A stretch of 64,000 nt of DNA, taken from the NCBI RefSeq assembly GCF_006345805.1, contig NC_043001.1, forward strand, positions 76,942,001 through 77,006,000. The letters run 5' to 3'. The position numbers and the translations under genes were made by a program. This DNA is from Octopus sinensis (taxonomy: Eukaryota). Of the stretch, positions 11,996 through 24,101 are shown piece by piece. Within the stretch, counting starts at the first letter, position 1; each line of letters opens with the position of its first letter. A model generated the notes under the pieces. It ran no database searches. It was not told the origin of the DNA and saw nothing but the letters and a program-made list of their open reading frames with translations.

Positions 11996-12434
11996 TATTG
12001 ACTGTCAGAGGAAAGAGTACTTAATACCATAATAGAAAATAGCAATATTTTCTTTATTTAGGTTAAGTAAGTTTGTTGCTATTCTGGAGTTTTTTTCACC
12101 TGTGCATTCACAAGGTCATCATGCAAGTTATAACTTGCCAGATTGATAACTCTGTATATGCATTCTAAAGTAACAAGAGATTGACTTAACCAAAATAAAA
12201 AATGATATATATATGTATGTCATTATTCAGTTTTATTTCAAAATTTCTTGCCAATAGAGAAAGGGCCGGTTTCTAACCTAGATCCAAAGCTACTTCATTG
12301 GAATTTCAACATCAACAACAGGGTATTTTTGTATGTATTTATGTAAATGTGCAGACTTGTATATTTTGTTTTATGTATATCTTCTCGTGCATATACTTGC
12401 ATATCTAGACATGCTCAAATATATATATATATAT

Positions 12435-12570
12435 AAATGATAAATTTCTGGGAAGTTTTACAGATTTTTACAGTTCCAGTGATTGCTTCGACTTATAGTC
12501 TTCAAATGAGCTTTCTTCTTTCTGGTTTTGAGAAGCCTAATTTTTGAAGATTGTTATTTAGGTAGTGAGT
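12435..12570 (-). mobile_element. 3' tip of a non-LTR retrotransposon ORF
   Basis: LGFSKPERRKLI*RL*VEAITGTVKICKT resembles RLE-type LINE C-termini (from recall). Confidence 0.4.
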
Positions 12571-12760
12571 TAAATATCCTAGTGCCAATGTATGTATAGA
12601 CAGATAGATAATTGTACATGTATATGCACCTTAATACATATTTGTAAATGTCTGTCTGTCTATGTGTACTCATTTCACTCATTACAAAAGGTATGCCCAT
12701 ACATCTGTATATTAGTAACCCAGATCTCATGCAGGAACTTTTCCTTAACATTTATTTAGA

Positions 12761-13266
12761 TCAATGGTTGGCCAGCTTCTTATATCATCGATCCCCTTTG
12801 TGGAATCATTGATAACTTATTGCCCCCATTCCGACCCCCATCTTTTAAACTTTCAAAAATAAAACATATACTTTAAAAATTTCCTCATCTATAAACAATA
12901 ATTCCTTCATTCTTTTGTGTCATTATCATTTTTTAATAAGCAATATTTGAAAAAAATTTAATGAAAATACTTAATGAAATTAATGAAGAACAATAAAAAT
13001 TTGGTGATATTATATTGAAATGTTTGGAATATTTAATGTGTAACATGTTTGGTTAAATATTAGTTGTGCTTTGATATTTGATTGATATTTGGCTGGAAAT
13101 TAATGAGTTTTAGCCTTAAATTACTGCACTGTCCAGGATTTATTTCACTAATAATTCAGCAAACTTAATACTCAAAATCGTTTCTGATGTTTATTAATTG
13201 CTAGGATAGTCACCTAGACACACCTAGGGGTCAATATTGATTAACAATCACTTTGCCAACCCCTGA
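12761..13266. mobile_element. Possible old hAT-like MITE
   Basis: Ends CAATGGTTGGCC and TTTGCCAACCCCTG are degenerate inverted repeats; no TSD is visible. Confidence 0.35.
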
Positions 13267-13661
13267 TTTAGATCTGTACATACCATAGGTCTTTAAATTC
13301 CATTCTAGAAATTCTTTATCTTGTCATAAAGGTTATTATCCCTTACTCCTTATTTTCTATCCCATTACTATCGCTTACTTCTTATTTTCTCATTCCTCAG
13401 ATAGTCACTCATTTCTGCTGCAAGTTATATTTCTAACCAGTACTTCTGCCAATTATTGTGTGTGTGTTTCTTTTCCTGAGGATAGTCGCTTAATTCTGCC
13501 ACTAGAAATATTTCTATCCAAACTCCCACTCCAATGTCTTAACGCATTTTCAGTTTGTTAAGATAATATTCTTTTAAAAATTGATTCTGTAATTATTACA
13601 TTCTTTACTTAATTTAGTTCCATATTCAACTGATAATTCTTTGTGATACTTTTATTATATA

Positions 13662-14048
13662 CTAGCAGTATAGCCCAGCGTTGCTCGGGCTTGTTTTCTT
13701 TTCGACCCTTTAGAATTGGAATTTTTGAAAAGTAAAAATTTTGCATTACGTAGCTTGTTATTCTCTTTAAGTGAACATTTTTCTGGTTGAAATACACCGA
13801 AAAATGGTGACACAGGTGTCAAAAAATCATAAAAAGTAGGGATTTTCATAGAAAAAAAGCACCTTTTTGATGTAAATAATTGTTGGTCTTAACATGGTCC
13901 GATTTGAATTACGGAAGAAAGAGCAAGCCTTCTTCTATCATACTCTCAATTTTGGTCAACATGCGCCGCAGCGTCTCGGAGGAGATAGTGTTAGTTGAAG
14001 GCTACCAAACCTGCCATACACAGACAACTTCAGCTTTATATATAGAGA
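13662..14048 (-). mobile_element. Non-autonomous Helitron
   Basis: On the - strand it starts TC (14048-14047) and ends CTAG (13665-13662). It has a subterminal hairpin GCCCAGCGTTGCTCGGGC at 13673-13690, sits between host A and T, and has no TSD. Confidence 0.85.
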
Positions 14049-14565
14049 TTTTCGATTTTTTTTTTGTATCAGATGTGAGAAACTTGTTCTCTTTCAATGT
14101 TTCAATTTTTATTCACTTAAGTAACTAGCAAAACCTAAATTTATTTGTAACACATATATATTTGATAACAGCAAATATATATGTGTCAGCTATGCAAGTA
14201 TTATGAAAACATTATTCATTGAAAAGTTTCTTTATTCAATCATTTTCATTCCATTTTCCAAAGATCATTCTTTTAGATATAGAAAACATCTAAAAGGAGA
14301 TGATGCTTCTTCATTCACCTTCAGTGAATGCAGTTCTGATTAGAAAGAATTGATGACATCAGATGTTATCCAACAATCAGTGGGTGTTTTCACACTGAGC
14401 TGTAATACCCTCATATTGGTGGCCAAATCACTGCTCATCATTTCCTCCTGGGGTCTGCTCTCTCTTACTCCATGACTACTGTCCGTTCTCCTTGCAATCC
14501 TGCAGGAGGCTCTGGTATTCATCACCTTTAATTGCACCTTTCTTCCTAAATGATTGTAAGCTTTA

Positions 14566-14770
14566 CTCTTTTGCTTCAGTCATTTTACTACGGCCATGCT
14601 GGAGCACTGCCTTAAAGGGTTTTACTCAAAGAAATTGACCCCAGGATTTATTATTTGTAAGCATAGTACTTATTCTGAAGGTCTCTTTTGCCAAATCACT
14701 AAGTTATGGTGACATAAACACACCAGCATCGGTTGTCAAGTGATGGTGGGGGGACAAACACAGACACACT
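14566..14770 (-). mobile_element. Composite SINE, 3' half
   Basis: Homologous to 6502-6700. Confidence 0.75.
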
Positions 14771-14784
14771 CACATAAATGTATC

Positions 14785-15040
14785 ATCATCATCATTATTT
14801 AACATCCATTTTCCATGCTGGCATGGGTTGGACGGTTTGACTGAAAACTGGGGAGGTGCTCGAAGCTTTTTTCTGATTTGGCATAGTTTTTACAGTTGGA
14901 TGCCCTTCCTAATGCCAACCACTACAAGAGTGTAGTGAGAGCTTTTTACGTGCCAGTTACAAATCGCTAGTATCGGCCATAACTATGATCTCACTTGGCT
15001 TGAAAGGTCTTCTCAAGCATGGTAAATTGTCAAAGGTCCC
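14785..15040 (-). mobile_element. RTE 3'UTR-like or RTE-tailed SINE fragment
   Basis: (CAT)n TTTAACATCC...CCATGCTGGCATGGGTTGG...GATGCCCTTCCTAATGCCAACC is shared with 30770-30950. Confidence 0.7.
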
Positions 15041-15479
15041 AGCTATACACCATCACTTGACAACTGATGTTGGTTTGTTTATGTTCCCGTAATGTAGCAA
15101 TTCACAAAAGGAACCTGCTAGAATAAGTACTGAGCTTAAAAAAAAATAATAACTAAGTACTGGAATCTATTAGTTCAACTAAAATTCTTCAAGGTGGTGC
15201 CCCAGCATGGCCGCAGTCTAATGACTGAAACAAATAAAAAGGCATTGTATTAAAAAGATAATTTTCTTTGAAAAATCTTTTTACTTATGTGTATGTGTGT
15301 AGATATGTACACACATAAGTACACATACATAATTATATATACATATATGTATGTATGTACACATACATACATAAATATATATATATACATACACACATGC
15401 ACTCACATACATACATATGTATATATGTTTTAACTTTTACTAGTTTCAGTCAACAGCACTGCCTTTCAATGGTGAAGTT

Positions 15480-16500
15480 GTGAGTTGGACGGATCAGCTC
15501 TTCTTTGCGCCTTCTGTTACGATGTGGATCATCTGAGATTTCAGAGAGAAATTTGTTTGGATGCTCTTTCAAGATCTCTTCATCTACACCTTACAAATCT
15601 TTGAGCTTGTTTGGCTGGATGTTGAACAATCGTGGACCCTTGGAATGCAAACTGTTACAATGCTGGGTCCTTATTCAAGATAGAGAAGACAGGATCTTTG
15701 GTATTATGAAGTGCTGTCCAGTTTGGTGGTTGCTATAACTTTCAATTCCAAAGGTGGGAGGTAGACCTTTCAGGATTGTCCTCCTGTATGTCACTGCATA
15801 TCTTTCTTGCCTTCTCTCCATGGAGTAGAGCTTCAGTTCTTTTCACGTCTCCCAGTAGTTTGACCGTTTTACTGAATCAATATTCTTTGTGTAGCGACAC
15901 TGGGTTGCCTCAAGTTTGAGACTTTATGGTAACCACATTTGAGTGCAATAACCCAAATGAATGAGAATCTTCTTTTATTGGTTCTGAATGATCTGAGAAT
16001 CTGTCCAGCTGTTCACCCACACAATATCGACATCTGGGTAATATGCACATGGAATGTTGCAGCATTACTTATATGGGTTCCCAGGTAAATTACCTATTCT
16101 AACTCTGGGATTATACCACCCCAGGCCCTGTGTATTTCAATTGTAGTTTGTTTGTGGGATGACAGTAGAGTGCTTGAAACTTCTCGGCATTCAACTGCAT
16201 ATTATTTTCATCAGCTCATATTTATATTGCATGCAGATCATTTTGTAGTTCTAGTATGTCTTCAGGGTCCTTGACTACCTGTGATACATTTGTATCATCA
16301 GCATAGCTGATAAGAATGACTAACTGTATAGCTGAGGACATGACCAAGGGAGCCACCACAAACAGTAGTGATCTCAGTATAGTTCCTTGAGGGACTCCAC
16401 TATAGATAAGTGTATCCCCAGAACCATTGGCTACAACTGTCTGATTTCTGTCTGTTAAAAAAGAGTCATGCCACCAGTATTACTAACCAAAGTGTCATTA
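15480..16500 (-). mobile_element. CR1/L2-group LINE, 3' RT fragment (pseudogenised)
   Basis: SGVPQGT, YADDT, NDL..I, NNMQLNAEKF, YW...ELKLYSMERRQERY and GPRLFN motifs, with stops. Confidence 0.85.
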
Positions 16501-16998
16501 ATGAAACTCCATTCAATAGAGTTACCAAAAATTTCCTATCTACACATACACACACATACCTTCCTACACATGCACACATATATAATTATTTATATATCAT
16601 AAATATGATCAATATGTCTACTTGAATGCATTGTACCATTCGTTATATCTCTGGAGAAAATAATTATTTTAACTAATCTTTCTTTGATAATGACGTATTG
16701 ATAAAAGTTTGTATACATTTGTGCATACCTACTTGTGTCTATATGTGTGTGTGTGTCTGGGTATGCATGTGTGTATTCATGTGTGTATGCGTGTGCATGT
16801 ATGTACACCTGCATGTCAGTATAATCCTACACCATTAATATATTTAACCAAACTTCCCCTGTTGTAATTGTAGTGACTTCGTAATTAACAGTCGGTGCTA
16901 CATGTAAGTATGACTCCAATAATGTGCATAACTTGCTCTTGTAGCAACTAGAAACTGACTCTGCTACTAACAAGCGAGTCTCTTAGCTTTTGTTGTTA

Positions 16999-18214
16999 TA
17001 CTTAGTATTTAGTATGTCTGAGATGTGTACAAACTTACACCAAAAAATTAAACCTAAAGATTGTATGTTTAGTTTTAGCACGTTTGTGATATGTACAAAC
17101 TTAGACCAAATAGTTAGACCTGGTGGTTGCTTAAATTAGTCTTTTTAGTACCTCTAAAATGTTTACAAACTTAAACCAAAAATTTAGACCTAGAGGTTAT
17201 TTATTTAGTCTCTATTGCATCTGAGATGTGTATAAACTTAGACCAAATAGTTAGACTTAGAGTTTATTATTTAGTCTTTAGTACTTCTAAACTATGTACA
17301 AACTTAGACCAAATAATTAGACCTGAATCTTGTTCATTTAGTTTTTAGTACCTCTAAAATGTGTATAAACTTAGATGAAATAATTAGACCTAGAGCTTGT
17401 TTGTTTAGTCTTTAATACATATGATAAATGTACAAACTTAGATGAAATAGTTATGCCTAGAGGTTATTATTTTGTCTTTAGTACCTCGACTATGTGCAAA
17501 ATTAGACCAAATAATTAGACCTAGATGTTCCTTATTTAATCTTTAGTATCACTGAAATGTGTACAAATTAGACCAACTAATTAGATCTAGAGATTATTTA
17601 CTACTTTGAGATGTGTACAAAATTAGGCCAAATAGTTAGAGCTAGTGGTTGTTATATTTAGTCTTTAGCACCCCTGAGATGTCAACAAATTTAGACCAAG
17701 AGGTTGTATGATTTAATTTTTAGCACCTTTGAGATGTGTACAAAATTAGACCAAGAGGTTATTATATTTAGTCTTTAGTACCTCTGAAATGTGTACAAAC
17801 TTAGACCAAAGAGTTAGACCGAGAGGTTTGTTTAAATCTGTCTTTGCTACCTCTGAGATATGTGCAATATTAGATTAAATAGTTAAACTTACAGGTTATT
17901 ATATTTTGTCTTTTGTATTGCTGAAATGGTTCTAAATTAGACCAACAAAGTTAGACCAAATAGTGAGACTTGGAGGTTATTTATTTAGTCTTTAGTAACT
18001 CTGAAATATGTCCAAACTTAGACCAAATAATTAGACCTAGAGGTTGTTATATTTTAGTCTTTAGTATCTCTGTTCAAATTTAGACCAAATACATAGAACT
18101 AGAGGTTATTTAAATTAGTCTTTAGTACTTCTGAGATGTGTACAAACTTAGTAAAACTAGACTTAGAGCCTGTTGATCTTGAATGCAAAAGAAAATAACA
18201 AAGAAATTGAGCAA
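16999..18214. repeat. Tandem array of ~18 degenerate ~67-bp units, flanked by a 14-bp direct repeat
   Basis: Approximate consensus TTAGACCAAATAGTTAGACCTAGAGGTTATTTATTTAGTCTTTAGTACCTCTGAGATGTGTACAAAC; AGCTTTTGTTGTTA at 16985-16998 and 18215-18228. Confidence 0.9.
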
Positions 18215-18647
18215 AGCTTTTGTTGTTAAAATGTTTGAAAAAAAAATGTCATCTTTATGACTGAGTGTTGTATTTGTAGGGATCATGTGTTGATCCCCTT
18301 CCCTTCCCCTTTTTGTTCACTTTCCTCTGCTTCTTTTTTCCATTTATCCATGTTCAGTTTCTAAAAGTTTTACCTGATGTTGTCATTCAGTTAAAGTCCT
18401 CTATTTAGACCAAAAGTACATTAACTTCAGTGAAAATATTTAGTAACATTCAACTATTTTTTATCAATCTACTTTTATGAACCTACAGATATCTGGTCAC
18501 ATACCTTCTATAAATAATAATAATTAGTCATATTTTTTCTTTTGAAAACATTGAATGCCTGCAAAAAAAACTAAGGGAGCTAAATCTGTAATTTCTGCCA
18601 ATCAAAAATGTTCGTTTACATGCATTTATAATATTTTATGAAATCCT

Positions 18648-18867
18648 TTAAACCCTAGCATTTAAACCAGCCATATCTGGCCCCAATATTTTACCTGTTT
18701 TATGTTCAAACTGGCCAGATCAAACCTCTCAAAACTATGTTACATTGTCATTTTAAAAATAAACAATTACATCATTGAAATCTCAAAGCTATGAGATAAA
18801 GCATGATTGACTCAAAACTGTGGATAAATAAGCATTACATTTGATAATTGAAATGTTAAAGGGTTAA
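18648..18867 (+). mobile_element. TTAA-ended MITE family 1 (piggyBac-like ends)
   Basis: TTAAACCCTAGCATT ... AATGTTAAAGGGTTAA; six homologous copies in the window. Confidence 0.75.
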
Positions 18868-19171
18868 ATAGTGGCTTTAAAGTATATATTTCTACTTGTA
18901 TACAAGGACAGAGAGCTTAAATGTGCTCCTATGGTTATTGTATGACATCTCAGCATTTACTAAAATTTCAAATTGAGAGAGAGCTGTGATTTTTTTTGTT
19001 ATGTGTGAGTTATGGATTTCTTTTTTATAATTCTAAAATACAAGTTTTTGAAATAAAAATTATTAGAAAAACTAGTGTTACTTGTAAAATGACAGGTAAC
19101 TTTGGGAGTAAGCTTTTACTATTATGAGTAAGATCAGGAAATATGGCATACATATATACAAAATAATTCTT

Positions 19172-19580
19172 TCTCTTTTACTCTCTTTTACTTGTTTCAG
19201 TCATTTGACTGCGGCCATGCTGGAGCACCACCTTTAGTCGAGCAAATCGACCCCGGGTCTTATTCTTTGTAAGCCCAGTACTTATTCTGTCGGTCTCTTT
19301 TGCCGAACCGCTAAGTGACGGGGACGTAAACACACCAGCATCGGTTGTCAAGCAATGCTAGGGGGACAAACTCAGACACACAAACACACATACATATATA
19401 TATATACATATATACGACAGGCTTCTTTCAGTTTCCGTCTACCAAATCCACTCACAAGGCTTTGGTCGGCCCGGGGCTATAGCAGAAGACACTTGCCCAA
19501 GATGCCACGCAGTGGGACTGAACCCGGAACCATATGGTTGGTTAGCAAGCTACTTACCACACAGCCACTCCTGCGCCTAT
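19172..19580 (-). mobile_element. Composite tRNA-derived SINE, near full length and young
   Basis: CpG-rich homolog of 6502-6972. Confidence 0.9.
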
Positions 19581-19590
19581 GTTATTTAAC

Positions 19591-19727
19591 TTTTTCTGGA
19601 CGCTACGCATTAATACGTTAATCTCCATATAATAATCCTTTCCACAATAGGCACAAGGCCTGAAATTTGGGAGAGGGGACTAGTCAATTACATCAACCCC
19701 CAGCTTTTCACTGGTACTTATTTCATT
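19591..19727 (-). repeat. 137-bp inverted copy of 20469-20605, flanked by 15-bp direct repeats
   Basis: 3 mismatches in 137 bp; TGTTATTTAACTTTT at 19580-19594 and 19731-19745. Confidence 0.9.
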
Positions 19728-19950
19728 AATTGTTATTTAACTTTTATCAAATTTCTTGGTGTTTATACAAAATGAGCAAATTAAAACTAACTTTTAAAGG
19801 ATACAAATTTCTCATTTATGTATTTGCAATAAATATGATATTTTTTAAAATTTTATCAACATAGTCACATTGTAATCCATTGAAAATCTATCTCTGGAAA
19901 AAATGTGTAATTTTCAGAAAATATCTATTTCTTTTTCACCCCCCCCCTCT

Positions 19951-20287
19951 CAGGGGTTCTTGATCATTTTTTATTTATGGGGCCCCTTTGATTACTATTT
20001 TATTTTATTCTGGTGGATCCCCATAGTCATTCGGTGTATAAAAACTAGCTTTATAGATGCTTCTTTGAAAATTCCTATTTTGTTTTTCACACATTAACTT
20101 GTGTAGGGTGAACTATGTAAAATTATTAGAGAGAGAAACCTAGCTGTTCCTTGCAATACATATCAATAAATACACCTAGAGCAAAATAATTTTAGGGACC
20201 CTTAAAATACTATTGTGGATCCCCAATTTACTATTTTGCTGTGTGGACCCCCTAAAATCTTATATGGACCCTGGTGAAGAACCATTG
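19951..20287. mobile_element. hAT-like MITE
   Basis: Ends CAGGGGTTCTTGATC and GGTGAAGAACCATTG; internal GGACCCC motifs; a related fragment lies at ~44040-44200. Confidence 0.6.
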
Positions 20288-20344
20288 CTCTGTACGATGT
20301 AAAAGTGATTGCAGTAATCAACCAACCAAACAACTAGCCAACAG

Positions 20345-20565
20345 TTAGGCAGTGAGCTGGCAGAATCATTAGCACATTAGACGAAATGCTTAGTGGTATT
20401 TTGCCCACCACTACATTATGAGTTCAAATTCCTCTGAGGTTGACTTTGCTTTTCATCCTTTTGGGGTCAATGAAATAAGTACCAGTGAAAAGCTGGGGGT
20501 TGATGTAATTGACTAGTTCCCTCTCCCAAATTTCAGGCCTTGTGCCTATTGTGGAAAGGATTATT
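20345..20565 (+). mobile_element. tRNA-headed SINE (5058 family)
   Basis: GGCAGTGAGCTGGCAGAATC...GAGTTCAAATTCC...GACTTTGCTTTTCATCC. Confidence 0.85.
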
Positions 20566-20574
20566 ATATGGAGA

Positions 20575-20804
20575 TTAACGTATTAATGCGTGGCGTCCTG
20601 AAAAATTGGACACAGGAAAAATTACTAGTACTTGTTTCGTATGTGTGTATAGTTGGTTTGTTTGTATGCATCTCTTGCTCACTCACAGAGCACTAGTTTA
20701 GAGGCAGACTATACCAAAGATAAGCTCAATAGGTAGTTTACTTACCAAACAATTGTAGTTTTTCCTGCGTCCATTTTTCTGGATGCTAATCATTAATGGG
20801 TTAA
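20575..20804. mobile_element. Old TTAA-flanked MITE
   Basis: TTAA at both ends; degenerate TIRs CGTATTAATG...GAAAAATTGGACACAGGAAAA versus CCCATTAATG...GAAAAATGGACGCAGGAAAA. Confidence 0.55.
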
Positions 20805-21015
20805 GGGCAGTGAGTTGGCAGAATCCTTAATGCATTGGAGAAAATGCTTAGTGGCATTTCTTCTGATACTTTATACTCTAAGCTCAAATGCCACTGAGGT
20901 TGACTTTGCCTTTCATCCTTTTGTGTTCAATAAAATAAGTACCACTCAAGAATTGGAGCCAATGTAATCAACTGCCTTCACCTCAAATTCCAAGCCTTGT
21001 GACTGTAGTAAAATG
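20805..21015 (+). mobile_element. tRNA-headed SINE (5058 family), older copy
   Basis: Homologous to 20345-20565. Confidence 0.8.
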
Positions 21016-21474
21016 AAATTATTATACAGAGATTACAGTAACTAAAATTGACATCAGAATGTTAGGTAATTTCTAAAAGTTTTAGCTGTGTCCACCAACT
21101 TTAAACTTACGACAGTAAGTGAATGTTCTAGAAACTGCTGTCAGAAACAATAATACTTCAACAAATCAATAGTTTAGACTGCTTTCTTCTTATAAATATT
21201 ATTGTTGAGTTTCCTTAAATAGGCCAAGCTATCAAAACCATTTTAGGTATTTTTTTAATCTTTTACCTGTTTCAGATATTAGACTGTAGCTGTGCTAGGG
21301 CACTGCCTTGAATTTTTAGTTGAATGAATCAACTCCAGTACTTATATTTTTAGGGCTGGTACTTATTCTATCGATCTCTTTTGCCAAACTGCTAAGTTAC
21401 AGAGACGTGAACACACCCACACTGGTTGTCAAGTTGTGATTGGGAAACAAACACAGACACACACTCATAGATAT

Positions 21475-21514
<40 letters not shown>

Positions 21515-21604
21515 GTATGTATGTATGTATATATATATATATATAAATGAAAGAATGAGTTGAATATAAATGAAAGAATGGAGTTGAACGACGAATTAAC
21601 AAAA

Positions 21605-21703
21605 TTCCTTTATTTTCGACATATGTTTCGAAGGCTGCATATTCCTAATTGCGAAGGAATGAGGAGTACATTATGCCGCTTTCTCATCAGGAAAAGCAAG
21701 GAA
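21605..21703 (-). ncRNA. Type I hammerhead ribozyme motif (left arm)
   Basis: Exact mirror of 21895-21993: CTGATGA at 21690-21684, predicted GUC cleavage at 21618. Confidence 0.85.
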
Positions 21704-21894
21704 CTTATGTCAACATCAAAATACACAAAAAACTTTTAGATGATTGCTCACACGGAGCCCATAGCGATAATGAGTGTCTCTTTAAAATATTCCTTTATAT
21801 CTATATATTCCTTTAAAGAGACACTCATTATCGCTATGGGCTCCGTGTGAGCAATCATCTAAAAGTTTTTTGTGTATTTTGATGTTGACATAAG

Positions 21895-21993
21895 TTCCTT
21901 GCTTTTCCTGATGAGAAAGCGGCATAATGTACTCCTCATTCCTTCGCAATTAGGAATATGCAGCCTTCGAAACATATGTCGAAAATAAAGGAA
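21895..21993 (+). ncRNA. Type I hammerhead ribozyme motif (right arm)
   Basis: Stem I TTTTC/GAAAA extended by TTCCTT/AAGGAA. Core CTGATGA 21908-21914. Stem II 10/12 bp (21915-21926 with 21957-21968). GAAA 21969-21972. Stem III C-ATAT-G, palindromic. GUC site with C17 at 21980. Confidence 0.88.
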
Positions 21994-23144
21994 TTTTGTT
22001 AATTTGTCGTTCAACTCCATTCTTTCATATATTTATATTTTTAAAATAAACATACAAATTTCCACACGAAAGCACGTAATCTATGCCCTAGACACGTAAC
22101 TTCAACCGTGTTTTTTCTGATGTAAATTTGCTACCCATGTATCGGTTAATTCGAATTATCCATAATAAGATAATTCATTCAACTACTCAAATATGTATAT
22201 ATGTATATAGATAATAACAAATTAATAAATAAAACATGCATATATACATACATATATGTACGTACCTACATCTACATGTATATATGGGTACAGGATACCA
22301 AAAAACGTCAAACACAATGAGAAACGAAAACATAAACACAAAACCAAGGAAATGGACATTTTTCTTAAACAACAAAAAAATAGAGTACAGGACATACAAC
22401 ACAAGGAAAATTCCCCTTCTTCAGTCGCCTCTGTTTCATCTACTCCGCATTTCATATATATATGACTGGCTTCTTTCAGTTTCTGTCTATCAAATCCACT
22501 CATGATGCTTTGGTCAGCTGAGGCTATAGTAGAAGACACTTACCCAAGGTGACATGCTGTGGAATTGAACCCAGAGCCACATGGTTGGGAAGCAAGTTTC
22601 TTACCACACAGTCACTCCTGCATCTTGTTTATGTAGCCAAGGCCTTTTGAGGGAAAGCATTAATGTCAGTGGAATTCAAAATTAATTCTCTTCTTACTGA
22701 ATTCTTGTTAAAAAAACACTTTTTTTCATTAATTTTGGTAACAAGGAAGAATTCAATAAAATATCTTTATCACTATTAAACTGGAATTTGGAACATGAAT
22801 TAATATGCTATTTTTATGGAAAATTTTAATTTAGTTTACTTTAAAATAAGAAGTTTGTATCGTAGATCCATAGCTGGTTTTGAGTGGTTTGGTATCAAAC
22901 AAAACTGACTTGTTTTTATAAATCACAGTTGTGTGGGTGGAGAATTGAATCAAATAAAATTTCAGTACATGTCATTTGATCAATTTGCCTAAATACCTGT
23001 ATTACAGCAAAAATTTATTCTCAGAAACTTGTATTAAGTATTGATCACTAAAGATTTTGTCTGTCATAAAATTTGTTTCTAAAATCACTTAAATCAATAT
23101 TTTAGATCAGCATAGAGTCTAGAGTTAGTTCTGTAGTTTCATTT

Positions 23145-23374
23145 TCAACCTTTTAGCATTCAGATTACTCTGTCAAATTATTTATGCTTATTTATTCACA
23201 TTGTTTTGAATTAATCATGCATTTTCTCATAGCTTTGAGACTGCAATGATATGAGTGTTTATTTTTAGAAAGAAATTGTAGAATAAGTATGAGAGGTCAG
23301 ATCCGACCAGTCTGAACATAAGACAGGTAGAATATGGGGACTGGACATAGCCAGTTTAAATGCTATTGGGTTAA
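23145..23374 (-). mobile_element. TTAA-ended MITE family 1
   Basis: Reverse-complement homolog of 18648-18867. Confidence 0.7.
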
Positions 23375-24065
23375 TGTTTATTTGCATAAATCGACGTTTT
23401 GGATCATCATAAACTCCAAAGTTCTTTAGTTTTGTATTCAGTGTCTGATTAAAAAAATATAGCTGTCATTGAAAGGGGGGAAAAAAAGCAAGAATCAAAT
23501 TAGTAATTCTGTAAATTGTTTTGAATATATTTACAATGAATATCACTTAAATTTAAAAATAGAATTTGCTTTAATTAGCATTTGTTTCCAGATAAATATT
23601 TTCACTCTAGTTGTACATTTTTATGATTAAACACAATAGGGACTCTCACATCAGATTTTGAATTTTAGTGGCCTTATGGAACATCTGCAAAGACTTCCTT
23701 GGCACTATACAGAGGTGGCTTGCCATTGTCTTCCACACACACACACACACACACACACCATCATCATCATCATCATCATTTTAACATTCACTTTTCCATG
23801 CTCACATAGGTCAGGCATATAGTTTTTTTTCCACTGACACTGAAGCAACGAGTTTGTTTCACAACTTGAGTTTCACACCACTGCAACCTTCAAACAAAAA
23901 CTGCAATCCCTTAAATGCCTGATCCAAAACATTGCTTCACTTGAAGTTCACAGCGGTGTAAAACTCAAATCATAATACAAACTCCCAGCTTCAGTTTCAA
24001 TAAAAAAAAATGTATATCCTGTTGAACATGTAATGAGCACTCCATTCTCTTTGTTTGGCATAAAG

Positions 24066-24101
<36 letters not shown>

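Larger units (their letters stand above)
21570..22028. repeat. Near-perfect palindrome: 217-bp arms, 25-bp spacer
   Basis: 21570-21786 is the reverse complement of 21812-22028 with one mismatch (G21598 vs T22000). Confidence 0.97.
21260..22622 (-). mobile_element. Composite SINE split at its (TA)n linker by later insertions
   Basis: The tail half lies at ~21260-21480 and the head half at ~22461-22622. The hammerhead palindrome and other DNA lie between them. Confidence 0.7.

Noticed and set aside
13471-13520. CTGAGGA-TAGT..ACTA-GAAA hammerhead-like string
   Set aside because: Stem I cannot form after any candidate cleavage triplet; treated as chance.
14340-14537. 65-aa minus-strand ORF as a nested gene exon
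   Set aside because: No recognisable domain or partner exon, and the + strand frames have stops. It is unresolved rather than disproved.
16999-18214. 67-bp array as a CRISPR array or a tandem ribozyme array
   Set aside because: Units are contiguous and homologous along their length with no unique spacers, there are no cas genes, and no CUGANGA/GAAA core is present.
22250-22450. Minus-strand repeat with CTGAAGA as another hammerhead
   Set aside because: No GAAA or cleavage junction follows the putative stem II.
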